Both the position numbers and the translations under genes were made by a program. A DNA stretch of 64,000 bases from positions 64,001 through 128,000 of the forward strand of contig JAMOPO010000052.1 in NCBI GenBank assembly GCA_027064425.1, in the 5' to 3' direction. Shown here piece after piece: positions 18,385-27,211 of the stretch (position 1 is its first letter; each line of letters opens with the position of its first letter). The stretch comes from Methanobacteriota archaeon. GTDB lineage: Archaea; JAADCQ01; Methanopyri; Methanopyrales; Methanopyraceae. A model generated the notes under the pieces. The model searched no databases, had not been told where the DNA came from, and saw only the letters and a list, made by a program, of their open reading frames with translations.

Positions 18385-18879
18385 ATGATCGGGCTGATCT
18401 CGGACACGCACGACAACCTGAAGGCCGTGGACGAGCTGGCGGACCGACTTAATGACGTGGGCGTTGAGGTCGTCCTGCACGCCGGCGACTACATCGCGCC
18501 GTTCACGATCCCCGAGCTGGCGAAGGTCGAGTGCGAGGAGTTTATAGGCGTTTTCGGAAACAACGACGGCGAGCGCGACTTCCTCCGGGAGAAGGCCGAA
18601 GAGGTCGGCTTTAACCTCGCTGGAGAGGTCTTCACGGGGGAGGTCCTCGGGCTGAAAGTGGCCATGGTGCACGGCCACGAGGAGGCGGTCGTCGAAGCCC
18701 TCGCCCGCTCCGGCCAGTACGACGTGGTCGTCTACGGGCACACTCACGAGCCCGAGGAGCGTAAAGAGGGAGACACCCTCGTCGTGAACCCGGGCGAGGC
18801 CTGCGGGTACGTGACCGGGCGTCGCACCGTCGCCGTGCTGGACCCGGACGAGCTCACCGTTGAGATGATTGAGTTTTAG
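18385..18879 (+). CDS. Metallophosphoesterase (MJ0936/YfcE family)
   Basis: SDTHDN, HAGD, GNND, HG, GHTH, NPGE. Confidence 0.92.
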   Translation: MIGLISDTHDNLKAVDELADRLNDVGVEVVLHAGDYIAPFTIPELAKVECEEFIGVFGNNDGERDFLREKAEEVGFNLAGEVFTGEVLGLKVAMVHGHEEAVVEALARSGQYDVVVYGHTHEPEERKEGDTLVVNPGEACGYVTGRRTVAVLDPDELTVEMIEF

Positions 18880-18940
18880 GAACCGATGACGAGCACGGCC
18901 TTCGCCCGACGGGGTGATGACATCCACCCGAGCCGAGGAC
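18880..18940 (+). ncRNA. Box C/D guide sRNA (probable 23S domain I targets)
   Basis: C CCGATGA 18883, D' CCGA 18906, C' GTGATGA 18914, D CCGA 18933; guides CACGGCCTTCG and CATCCACC. Confidence 0.78.
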
Positions 18941-18978
18941 TCCCCCCGTTCGCCAGGCCCGACCTGGACGACCCCCGA

Positions 18979-20091
18979 GTGGTGAACTTCCTCCGCGCCC
19001 GCACTCGGGACTACTCCCGGCTACTCTCCACGCTCACCGCCCCCGTCCGCTGGTACACCCTTCGAGTTAACACGCTGAAAACAGACCGCGACAGCGTCCT
19101 CGAGCTCCTGTCCGAGGAGTTCCCGGATCGGCGCGTCCGCCCCTCCCCCTACTCCGATCACGCCGTGGAGATCGAGGTTAAGGGCCCGTACCGGATCCCG
19201 CGCGAGGAGCGGGTCGTGGTGGTCGACAAGTTCGCGGCGGAGAGCGTGTACGTGGGCGCCGACCTGTACGCTCCCGGCGTGCTCGAGGCCGAGGGTGTGA
19301 GGAAAGGGGACCGAGTGACGGTCGTCTCCGAGCGCGGTCATCCGGTGGCCGTCGGTGTCGCCGAGATGGATGGGGAGGAGATGGAGGAGCGGGACCGGGG
19401 GCTGGCCGTCCGCATCGAGCGCTCCGCGTACAGTGCTCCCAAGGTGCGAGCCACCCGCGCCTACGCCAAGGGATGGATTTACTCCCAGGGGCTCCCCTCC
19501 ATCCTCGCCGTCGAGGCCCTCGACCCTCAGCCGGGTGAGTCCGTCATCGACCTGTGCGCCGCACCGGGCGGCAAGTGCTCGTACGTCGCCCAGCTCACGG
19601 GCCCCGACTCCAAAATCGTCGCCATCGATCGGTCCAGACCTCGCCTGGAGAAGATGGAGCGGAGGCTGAAGCGGCTCGGCATCGACTGGGTCAGGGTGAT
19701 CCACGGGGACGCCCGAGAGGTGGTGCGGCAGCGGTTCCGGGAGCGGTTCGACGTGGCGATCGTGGACCCTCCCTGCACCGCCCTGGGCGTGCGGCCCAAG
19801 CTGTGGATCGAGGCGACCTACGAGGAGTGCGTGGGGCTACCCTCTTACCAGTTCTCCCTGCTCAAGGCCGGCTACGAGGCCCTGGTGGAGGGCGGGCGAC
19901 TGCTCTACGCCACCTGCACGCTGACTCGTGAGGAGAACGAGCTCGTCGTTCGGAGGGCCGTCGAGGAGCTGGGGATGGAGCCCATCACCAGGGTGCTCGA
20001 GCCCGCCAAACCCTGCGGGCACGGCGCGATCTTCCTACCGCACGAGGCGGACACGCCCGGCTTCTTCTACGCCGTGCTCAGGAAGGAGTAG
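18979..20091 (+). CDS. RsmB/NOP2 (NSUN6-like) RNA m5C methyltransferase with PUA domain
   Basis: LRVNTLK, PUA domain (GADLYAPGV), DLCAAPGGK, DPPC, YATCTL..EENE; start uncertain because the ORF is open from 18886 through the sRNA. Confidence 0.9.
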   Translation: MVNFLRARTRDYSRLLSTLTAPVRWYTLRVNTLKTDRDSVLELLSEEFPDRRVRPSPYSDHAVEIEVKGPYRIPREERVVVVDKFAAESVYVGADLYAPGVLEAEGVRKGDRVTVVSERGHPVAVGVAEMDGEEMEERDRGLAVRIERSAYSAPKVRATRAYAKGWIYSQGLPSILAVEALDPQPGESVIDLCAAPGGKCSYVAQLTGPDSKIVAIDRSRPRLEKMERRLKRLGIDWVRVIHGDAREVVRQRFRERFDVAIVDPPCTALGVRPKLWIEATYEECVGLPSYQFSLLKAGYEALVEGGRLLYATCTLTREENELVVRRAVEELGMEPITRVLEPAKPCGHGAIFLPHEADTPGFFYAVLRKE

Positions 20092-21135
20092 GTGGGAGTC
20101 CCCGTGATCGGCTGGACGCTCGACAGGAAGATGGTGGCGGCGATGGCCGCGGGCGTGGCCATTCTCGCCCTCATGATCTGGTCCTTTAACCCCCGCGAGA
20201 TCGTCTCCGCCCTGTACCGCGTGAACCCCACCTTCCTCGCGCTGGCCGTCATCGTGCAGCTGGTCGACCTAGCCCTGTGGTCCCTCCGCTGGCACACCGT
20301 CCTCGAGCGGGCCGGCGTGAGGGCGCCGTTCGTCCTAACCTTCCTCATCAACAACGTTTCCATGCTGGTCAACAACGTGACCCCGAGCGCCCGGAGCGGC
20401 GGGGAGCCCCTCCGGGTGTACCTCCTGTCCCGGCTCACGGGCCACCGGGTCCGCGACGTGGCCTCCTCGGTGGCGATCGACCGGATCCTCGACTACTTCC
20501 CCCTGATCGTTCTCCTCTTGGTCAGCATGGTGGCGATGCTTCGGACCGGGGGGAAGATAGTCCACCTGCTCGCGGCCGGGGCGCTATTCCTCACGGCCGC
20601 GCTCGTGTTTTCCGTTTGGACCATGGCTAACGAGCGGATAATACTCCGTTTCGGGGCGGGCGTATCCCGACTCCTCTCCCGCCTGCGGCCGGACAAAAAG
20701 ATCGACGCAGAGCGCGTCGAGCGCTGGGCCCGACGCTTCGTCCGCAGCTTCCGGAGCCTGCTCGCCGATCCCGGCACGCTCGTCCGAGGGGTCACCGTGT
20801 CCGTCGCCGTGTGGGCGTGCGAGATCCTGCGCACGTACCTCGTCTTCCTGTCCCTCGGGTGCCCCGTCTCCCTGCCCGTAGTCGTGGTGGGGTTCACGGT
20901 CTCCATGCTGGTAGGAGTGCTGCCGTTGCTCCCCGGCGGGCTGGGGGCGGTGGAGGTCTCCACGGCCTCGACGTACGCGGTGCTGGGGATCGATCGGGGC
21001 ACCAGCGCCGCCGCGGTGATCCTCGACAGGGCAATCTCTTATTGGATGGTCAACGCGATTGGGCTAGTGAGTTTGCTGCACGTTTCTCGCAGGAAAGGCA
21101 GGGGAGAGTCGGAAGATGCCGTACGAGCTGGGTAA
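20092..21135 (+). CDS. UPF0104 / lysylphosphatidylglycerol-synthase-TM family (flippase-like) membrane protein
   Basis: RW, NNVTPSARSGGEPLR, DRILD, PGGLGAVE, DRAISYW. Confidence 0.88.
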   Translation: MGVPVIGWTLDRKMVAAMAAGVAILALMIWSFNPREIVSALYRVNPTFLALAVIVQLVDLALWSLRWHTVLERAGVRAPFVLTFLINNVSMLVNNVTPSARSGGEPLRVYLLSRLTGHRVRDVASSVAIDRILDYFPLIVLLLVSMVAMLRTGGKIVHLLAAGALFLTAALVFSVWTMANERIILRFGAGVSRLLSRLRPDKKIDAERVERWARRFVRSFRSLLADPGTLVRGVTVSVAVWACEILRTYLVFLSLGCPVSLPVVVVGFTVSMLVGVLPLLPGGLGAVEVSTASTYAVLGIDRGTSAAAVILDRAISYWMVNAIGLVSLLHVSRRKGRGESEDAVRAG

Positions 21136-21472
21136 AGTTGAGACGGTCATACGACCCACGGACGACGGGGTCGTGTCCGCCGACCAACGGGTCCTCGCCA
21201 CGGTCAGCCTTCACCGCGGCCCCACTATCATCGCGGAGGTCGATCCGCGGCTGGCCGGCGAGCTCGAGGAGGACGATTACGTGATCGTGGACCTACCGCT
21301 GGTCCCGTCCCCCAACGAGGCCCGCCCACAACCAAAGATAGTTAAAATTATTAAGGATGAGAAGCTCGTGAACAGGATGAAGGCCGAGATTGAGAAGGAG
21401 CCGGAGACCGTCATGCCCACGGTTGTGCCCGGGCAGCCCCCGACACCCCCGCCCGAGGACATGTTCGGCTGA
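21116..21472 (+). CDS. Hypothetical protein (small beta-rich domain, Pro-rich tail)
   Basis: 118-aa ORF overlapping the upstream stop, with a GGGAG SD. Confidence 0.65.
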   Translation: MPYELGKVETVIRPTDDGVVSADQRVLATVSLHRGPTIIAEVDPRLAGELEEDDYVIVDLPLVPSPNEARPQPKIVKIIKDEKLVNRMKAEIEKEPETVMPTVVPGQPPTPPPEDMFG

Positions 21473-21506
21473 CCTCGCTAATTAACCGGTGAGGGGCTAC
21501 TCCGGA

Positions 21507-23351
21507 ATGATCTTCCGCCGCAGAAAGTCCGAGGAGGAGGGAGAGGAAGAGGAGGCTCCCCGCCTCAAGCTGCCGGCGAGCAAGGGCGAGGAGGAAGAGC
21601 GGGAGGAGGGAGAGAAGGAAGCCCCCAAGCTGAAGCTTCCCAAGCCTGATCGGGAGGAGGAGTCCGAGGAGGAGGAAGAGGAGACGGGCACCGTCAAGCT
21701 CAAGCTTAAACCTCCCAAGCCGGAGGAGGTGGAGGAGGCTGAAGAGGAGGCCGAGGCTGAGGCCGCCGAGGAGGAAGAGGAGGAGAAGGCCGAGGCCGCA
21801 CCGGGCGCGGAGGAGGAGCTGGAGCGGCTCAAGGAGGAGAACGAGCGGCTCCGGCGGGAGCTTGAGGAGTGGAAGAACAAGGCGGAGAGCGTGCTCAGCG
21901 AGCGGGACCGGCTGCGTGAGGAGGTCAAGCGGCTGAAGGAGGAGCTGAAGGAGCGAGAGGAGGAGCTGGACCGGTACGTCAAGGCGACCAAGCGGCTGAA
22001 GGAGAAGGTTGAGGAGCTCAAGTCGAAGTACGATGATATCAAGTCCGAGGCGGAGGAGTACCGCAGCAAGTACGAGGAGGCGGTCCAGAAGCAGAAGGAG
22101 CTCAAGTCGAAGCTGGAGGACCTCTCGGAGCAGAACAAGAAGCTGGTGAAGAGCGTCAAGCGGCTCAAGAGCAAGTACGAGGAGGTCAAGAAGGAGCGGG
22201 AGGAGCTCGAGCGGAAACTGGAGGAGCTGTCCGAGGCGGAGAAGAAGATCGAGGAGCTCAAGAGCAAGCTGAAGGAGCTGGAGGAGGAGCGGAACAAGCT
22301 CAAGAAGCGCGTGGAGGAGCTCGGCTCGGAGAACAAGAAGCTACGCTCGGACCTGAAGGAGGCGGAGAAGCGGGTAGAGGAGCTGTCCTCCAAGCTTAAG
22401 GAGCGGGAGAAGAAGCTCCGGCGGTCCCGGAAGCAGATCGAGAAGCTGCGCCGAGAAGTCAAGCAGAGGGACGAGAAGATTCAGGAGCTCAAGGAGAGGA
22501 TCAGCGAGCTCACCGCGCAGATCAAGCGGTACGAGGAGGGCGAGCAGCTGCTCATCCCGGCCGGTACCGAGATGGCGGTAGCCCGAGTCAGCGGCAGCCT
22601 GGTCGTAGGCAAGGACTCCGCGATCAAGTCGCTGCACGACGAGGAGCCCATCCTCGTCAAGGACAGCGTCACCATCCGCGACAACTCGCGCGTGCACGGT
22701 ACCATCGTGGCCAACGAGGTTGAGATCGGCAAGAACGTCAAGGTAGTGGGCGACGTGATCTCCAAGAACGGCGTCAAGATCCGCGAGAACGCGGAGATCG
22801 AGGGCAACGTGGTCTCCATGGACTCGGTCGAGGTGGGGTCCGGTGCCCGGATCGGCGGATCGATCGTGGCCGGCTCCGACACGGCGCTGGCCAGCAACGT
22901 GAAGGTCTCGGGCGTCATCATCGCCCCGGGCAAGATCAAGGCCTCGGAGGGGCTGAACGCCTCGGCGCTGATCTGCAAGGAGCTGGAGACGACCGGCTCC
23001 GTCGAGTGCGACTACATCCTCTCCGACGAGCGCGTCAAGCTCGGCGACGGCAGCTCCGTGAAGACGGTCATCGTGAAGGAGGGTCCGGTCGAGCAGGGCG
23101 CGAGCTCGTGCATCTACAGCGGCTCGCTGTCCGTCAAGGATGCCGACAGCTTCACCGTGTACGTTGACGGTGACGCGTTCGACACGCCCGAGGCCAACGA
23201 CGTGCTGAAGAAGATCCTATCCAGGACCGAGTTCCTGGGCCCGCTGAGGCTCGTGGACGACCGCAACAACGCCCGCTTCGTCCTGGACAGCTTCACCGAC
23301 ATCGGCGTCGCGGAGCTCGTCCGGGAGATCAGGGAGGAGCTGGGGGTCTAG
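21507..23351 (+). CDS. Long coiled-coil protein with C-terminal beta-helix (polymer-forming cytoskeletal/bactofilin-like repeats)
   Basis: Acidic N-terminus with KLKLP repeats; long E/K heptad region; repeats such as VHGTIVA, VVGDVIS, IEGNVVS, IGGSIVA. Confidence 0.8.
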   Translation: MIFRRRKSEEEGEEEEAPRLKLPASKGEEEEREEGEKEAPKLKLPKPDREEESEEEEEETGTVKLKLKPPKPEEVEEAEEEAEAEAAEEEEEEKAEAAPGAEEELERLKEENERLRRELEEWKNKAESVLSERDRLREEVKRLKEELKEREEELDRYVKATKRLKEKVEELKSKYDDIKSEAEEYRSKYEEAVQKQKELKSKLEDLSEQNKKLVKSVKRLKSKYEEVKKEREELERKLEELSEAEKKIEELKSKLKELEEERNKLKKRVEELGSENKKLRSDLKEAEKRVEELSSKLKEREKKLRRSRKQIEKLRREVKQRDEKIQELKERISELTAQIKRYEEGEQLLIPAGTEMAVARVSGSLVVGKDSAIKSLHDEEPILVKDSVTIRDNSRVHGTIVANEVEIGKNVKVVGDVISKNGVKIRENAEIEGNVVSMDSVEVGSGARIGGSIVAGSDTALASNVKVSGVIIAPGKIKASEGLNASALICKELETTGSVECDYILSDERVKLGDGSSVKTVIVKEGPVEQGASSCIYSGSLSVKDADSFTVYVDGDAFDTPEANDVLKKILSRTEFLGPLRLVDDRNNARFVLDSFTDIGVAELVREIREELGV

Positions 23352-24367
23352 GTGAGCAGCCCCCACTCCTCACCAACGTACCAGTGAACCGACGTACCCT
23401 CCCGCTCGTAGCCACGCCCCTTAATCCTCCACCCGTTTCCATCTCGCCTTACCACGCACAGTACCCTGCCCACCTCCCTGCGCGACAGGACCAGCTCGTT
23501 CTCCTCCGGCAGGTAGCAGACGCGGAGCTCGCCCCCCTCCGAAACCCTGGCCCGCTCCCTCAGCCTTCCGTTGACCTCCAGCCTCGCGCTCCCTCCCTCC
23601 TTAAGAACCAGCTCGTAGAAGTCCAGCCTGTCGACCACCCTTTCTCCGATCACCAGCGAGCGCTCCGGCACGTCTCCCTCAACCCGTGAGCCGGCCCCCA
23701 CCACCGACCACCGCCCAACCCGCGCGTCTCGCACCGAGGCGCCCATGCCCACGAAGCACCGTTCGCCGATCTCCGACCCTTCGATCCGCGCCCCGTCCCC
23801 GACGAAGGTCAGCGGACCCAGCTCCGAGTCCTGAACTGCACAGTGCGAGGACACACTCACGCGCTTGTGCAGCGTCGAGCGGACGACCCGGCTGAAGTTG
23901 GAGATCATGACGCCCCCGTGGATCGTGGAGTCCACGACCTCCGTGAAGGCCGCCACCCTCGCGTTGCCGCGGATGCGGACGCCCCGCGCCCGCACGTGCT
24001 GCGGGTGCTTGAAGGCCGGGCACTCGAAGACGTCCTCCCCGCACTCCACCCTGAACCACCGGTTCACTGGGGCGCGCTCCGGGTCCACGACCACGGTCAG
24101 ATCCAGGAAGACCCGGCGTCTCCACCGTCTCTCTAGCAGCTTCCTGGCCTCGATTCCAATCCGCTTGATCGTCCGGCCGCCGCGCCCGATCACGGTTCCC
24201 TTCAGCGAGTCCTTGTGGACGACGAGCTCCGCCCGGACGTATAGGACGTCGCGCCGCCGCAGCCCGGGTCGGACCTCCCGGACGTCCACCCCAACCTCTC
24301 GGGGGAGGGAGCCGTGAAGGACGCGCCGGAGGGCCTCCCGAATGGCCCGGCGCGCGTCACTCCTCAA
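23348..24367 (-). CDS. Era-type KH domain fused to a hexapeptide left-handed beta-helix
   Basis: AIREALRRVL..LP..V.V and KGTVIGRGGRTIKRIGIEARKLLE..VFLDL.V, then IGERCFVGMGASV..VGRWSVVGAGS; TTG at 24367. Confidence 0.7.
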   Translation of the reverse strand: MRSDARRAIREALRRVLHGSLPREVGVDVREVRPGLRRRDVLYVRAELVVHKDSLKGTVIGRGGRTIKRIGIEARKLLERRWRRRVFLDLTVVVDPERAPVNRWFRVECGEDVFECPAFKHPQHVRARGVRIRGNARVAAFTEVVDSTIHGGVMISNFSRVVRSTLHKRVSVSSHCAVQDSELGPLTFVGDGARIEGSEIGERCFVGMGASVRDARVGRWSVVGAGSRVEGDVPERSLVIGERVVDRLDFYELVLKEGGSARLEVNGRLRERARVSEGGELRVCYLPEENELVLSRREVGRVLCVVRRDGNGWRIKGRGYEREGTSVHWYVGEEWGLLT

Positions 24368-24869
24368 CCGGGACGATGTAGTACTCGTAGTTCGGCCGGC
24401 GCTGCGCCCGGACCGCCTCCTGCTCACACACGTACACCACCAGGCAGGGGTGGGGGGCCTCCACGTACCGGACGTCTCCCCGCCTCGTCGTGACCGCGGC
24501 CAGTGGGTCTCCCTTCTTCAACCGGTCCCCCACGTCGGCGACCGGGGTCACCACGTACCCTTCCACTGGGAGCTGGTAGACCCGCTCTCCGGGCTTCAGG
24601 AAGACCAGCGAGTGCCGGTCGGGCGGCTCGATGATCACGTGCCGGGTGACGCGAGCCTCGATGGCGTCGAACGCGGCCTTCGCCTCCTCGTAGACCACCT
24701 TGCGGCAGACGATCGGGTTGTCCAGTTCCTCGATCAGCCGGCGGGCCAGCCCGCGGGAGCGCACGACGACGTTGAACTCCTCGTCCGTCAGGATGAAGTC
24801 GTCGTCGGGGAGCTCCCCGTCCTCGAGCTCCTCCTCGTCGACCTCGAGGAAGAACCGGGCGAGCGGCAT
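24357..24869 (-). CDS. DUF2118 family (biotinyl/lipoyl-like fold) protein
   Basis: VEGYVVTPVADVGDRLKKGD.LA.VTTRRGDVRYVEAP. Confidence 0.75.
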   Translation of the reverse strand: MPLARFFLEVDEEELEDGELPDDDFILTDEEFNVVVRSRGLARRLIEELDNPIVCRKVVYEEAKAAFDAIEARVTRHVIIEPPDRHSLVFLKPGERVYQLPVEGYVVTPVADVGDRLKKGDPLAAVTTRRGDVRYVEAPHPCLVVYVCEQEAVRAQRRPNYEYYIVPVEE

Positions 24870-24870
24870 G

Positions 24871-25845
24871 TTAGAACTCCCTCTCCACCACGAAGTCCGC
24901 GAGCGTCATGAGGAAGTCCCGGTGCTCGTTCTCGGGCAGCCGGTCCAGCGCCTCCTTCGCGGCCTCGGCGTACTCCTGGGCCCGCTCGCGGGCGTAGTCG
25001 ATGGCCCCGAGCTCGTCGAGGATGTCGATGACCTCGCGGACCTCCTCCTCCGAGGCATCCTCGTTGCCGAGCGTGCTTAGGATCCGCTCCCGCTGCTCCT
25101 CGTCCGCGCGCTCCAGCCCCTTGATCACGATCAGTGTCTTCTTGCCCTCGACGATGTCGCTGCCGACCGGTTTACCCAGCTTGGACTCGTCCCCCACCAG
25201 GTCCAGCACGTCGTCCTGGATCTGGAAGGCGATGCCGAGGTTCTCCCCGTACTCCGCGAGCGCGGAGAGCTGGTCCTCCTCGGCCCCGGCCTTAAGACCG
25301 CCGATCACGCAGGAGGCGCGGATGAGGGCGGCCGTCTTCTTGCGGACCATCTCCAGGAACTCCTCCTCCGTGACGTCTTCCCGCCTCTCGAACTCCAGGT
25401 CCATGGCCTGGCCCTCGCAGATCTCCGTGCAGGCGCGGGCCAGCTCCTCCATCGCCCGGACGTCCCCGCCCTCGGCGGCCACTTCGAACGCCTTGGAGAA
25501 GAGCGTGTCGCCCGCGAGGATGGCGACGGGCACGTTCCACTTGACGTGGACGGCGGGAACGCCCCGGCGCTCCTCATCCTCGTCCATAATGTCGTCGTGG
25601 ATCAGCGTGAACGTGTGGATGAGCTCCACGGCGGCCGCCTCCGGGAGCACGTCATCAGGCGACCCTCCCAGGACCTGGCACGACTTGATCGCCAGCAGGG
25701 GGCGGAACCGCTTGCCGCCGGCCTCGATCAGGTGCCAGCAGGCGTCGTAAAGGCCCTCGGCTCCCCCGCGGGGGAGCACCTCCTTGATCTTCTCATCCAC
25801 GAGCTTTCCGGCCCACTTCAGCTCCTCCAACACGTCCTCAGCCAT
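24871..25845 (-). CDS. idsA: Geranylgeranyl-diphosphate synthase
   Basis: GGKRFRP, DDIMD..RRG, GQAMD, KKTA, FQIQDDVLD. Confidence 0.95.
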   Translation of the reverse strand: MAEDVLEELKWAGKLVDEKIKEVLPRGGAEGLYDACWHLIEAGGKRFRPLLAIKSCQVLGGSPDDVLPEAAAVELIHTFTLIHDDIMDEDEERRGVPAVHVKWNVPVAILAGDTLFSKAFEVAAEGGDVRAMEELARACTEICEGQAMDLEFERREDVTEEEFLEMVRKKTAALIRASCVIGGLKAGAEEDQLSALAEYGENLGIAFQIQDDVLDLVGDESKLGKPVGSDIVEGKKTLIVIKGLERADEEQRERILSTLGNEDASEEEVREVIDILDELGAIDYARERAQEYAEAAKEALDRLPENEHRDFLMTLADFVVEREF

Positions 25846-25858
25846 CCTCCAGGCCCCT

Positions 25859-27211
25859 TCAAAGCGGTAGCTCGATTCGCGTCCCCTCCAGGGTCAGGAA
25901 CAGATCCCTATTGATTTCGTACCCCTCCTGAGCGGCCAGCTCGGCGTAGGCGGCGAGCATGTCCGGGTCACCGTGAGCCGGCACGATGTACTCGGGCTGC
26001 AGCATGCGAAGGAGCAGGCGATGATCCTCCCGACCGGCGTGCCCCGAGACGTGCACGTCCTTGAACATCTTCACACCCTTCAGCCTGAGCTTCGTCTCGA
26101 GCATGTACCTGTTGGCACGGTTGATGGGGGACGGGATGACGGAGGACGAGAAGATCACCCCGTCCCGGTCGGTCAGCTTGTACGGGAGCTCGTCGTCGGC
26201 CATCCGCGTAAGCACGGCGCCGGGCTCGCCCTGGTGGCCCGTCACGATGAGCACGTACTCCTCCTTCTCCTGACTCGCCCGCTCGAGCCCGCGCCGGATC
26301 GTGTCCGGCTTGTCGTAGATCCGGGCCCCCGCGGGCAGGTTAAGGAGACCCAGCTCCTCGGCCACGCGGCCGTACTTGCCCAGGGAGCGGCCCGCGAGGA
26401 TCACGCGCCTACCCAGCCGGTCCGCGGCGTCCACGATCGCCTGAATGCGCTCTATGTGCGACGAGAACGTGGTCACGATGATCCCTTCGCTTTCCTCGTC
26501 CGCGAAGCGCAGGACCTCGCTCACCATCTCCCTCGCCACGGCCTCGGACGGCGTTTTTATCTCTTCCGCAACTCGAAGCGTCTCTGGTATGAGCAGTAGT
26601 ACACCCTCCTTGCCCAGCTTCCTCAGTCGTTGGTAGTCCGGCTGGTAACCTATCATTTGGTGATCATCGAACTTGAAGTCGCACGCGTAGACGATCGCTC
26701 CGTACGGGGTGTGCAGCACCGGCAGCACGCTGCCCGGAATGCTGTGGCTGATCGGCACGAACTCCAGCCGCAGCTTCGAGGAGATCTGGACCTCGTCCCC
26801 CGGCTCCACCGTGTACAGGTTCACCATCACCTCCTCGGCCTCGTCACCGTAGCGCACCTCGTTCTCCAGGTCGCGCTTCACCAGCTCGATCGTGAACTTG
26901 GTACCGAAGACGGGGCACTTGTACCGGAACAGCATCTTGGGCACGGCGCCGATGTGGTCCAAATGCGCGTGCGAGAGGGCTACGGCCACCGTCTTGGACC
27001 GGTAGCGTCGCAGTATCGAGTCGTCCGGGATGGCCTTAACCTCGCGCAGCTCCCGGGTCGAGGCCTTCGGGAAGTCCTTTTGGAACACGAGGGACTTGTC
27101 CAGGGACATTCCGCAGTCGAACACGACGACCTCGTCGTCCACCCGGACGGCCGTCATGTTCCGACCGCCGGCCTCTCCGTAGCCTCCGATCGCGAAGATC
27201 TCGACGCCCAA
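25859..27211 (-). CDS. rnj: Archaeal ribonuclease J (beta-CASP)
   Basis: HAHLDHIG, HSIP, DFK, GHQGEPGA, HVSGH, PAHG. Confidence 0.93.
   Translation of the reverse strand: MGVEIFAIGGYGEAGGRNMTAVRVDDEVVVFDCGMSLDKSLVFQKDFPKASTRELREVKAIPDDSILRRYRSKTVAVALSHAHLDHIGAVPKMLFRYKCPVFGTKFTIELVKRDLENEVRYGDEAEEVMVNLYTVEPGDEVQISSKLRLEFVPISHSIPGSVLPVLHTPYGAIVYACDFKFDDHQMIGYQPDYQRLRKLGKEGVLLLIPETLRVAEEIKTPSEAVAREMVSEVLRFADEESEGIIVTTFSSHIERIQAIVDAADRLGRRVILAGRSLGKYGRVAEELGLLNLPAGARIYDKPDTIRRGLERASQEKEEYVLIVTGHQGEPGAVLTRMADDELPYKLTDRDGVIFSSSVIPSPINRANRYMLETKLRLKGVKMFKDVHVSGHAGREDHRLLLRMLQPEYIVPAHGDPDMLAAYAELAAQEGYEINRDLFLTLEGTRIELPL

Noticed and set aside
21530-22540. GAG/AAG-rich repetitive DNA considered as a tandem repeat or CRISPR array
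   Set aside because: Explained by Glu/Lys coiled-coil coding; no fixed repeat-spacer periodicity
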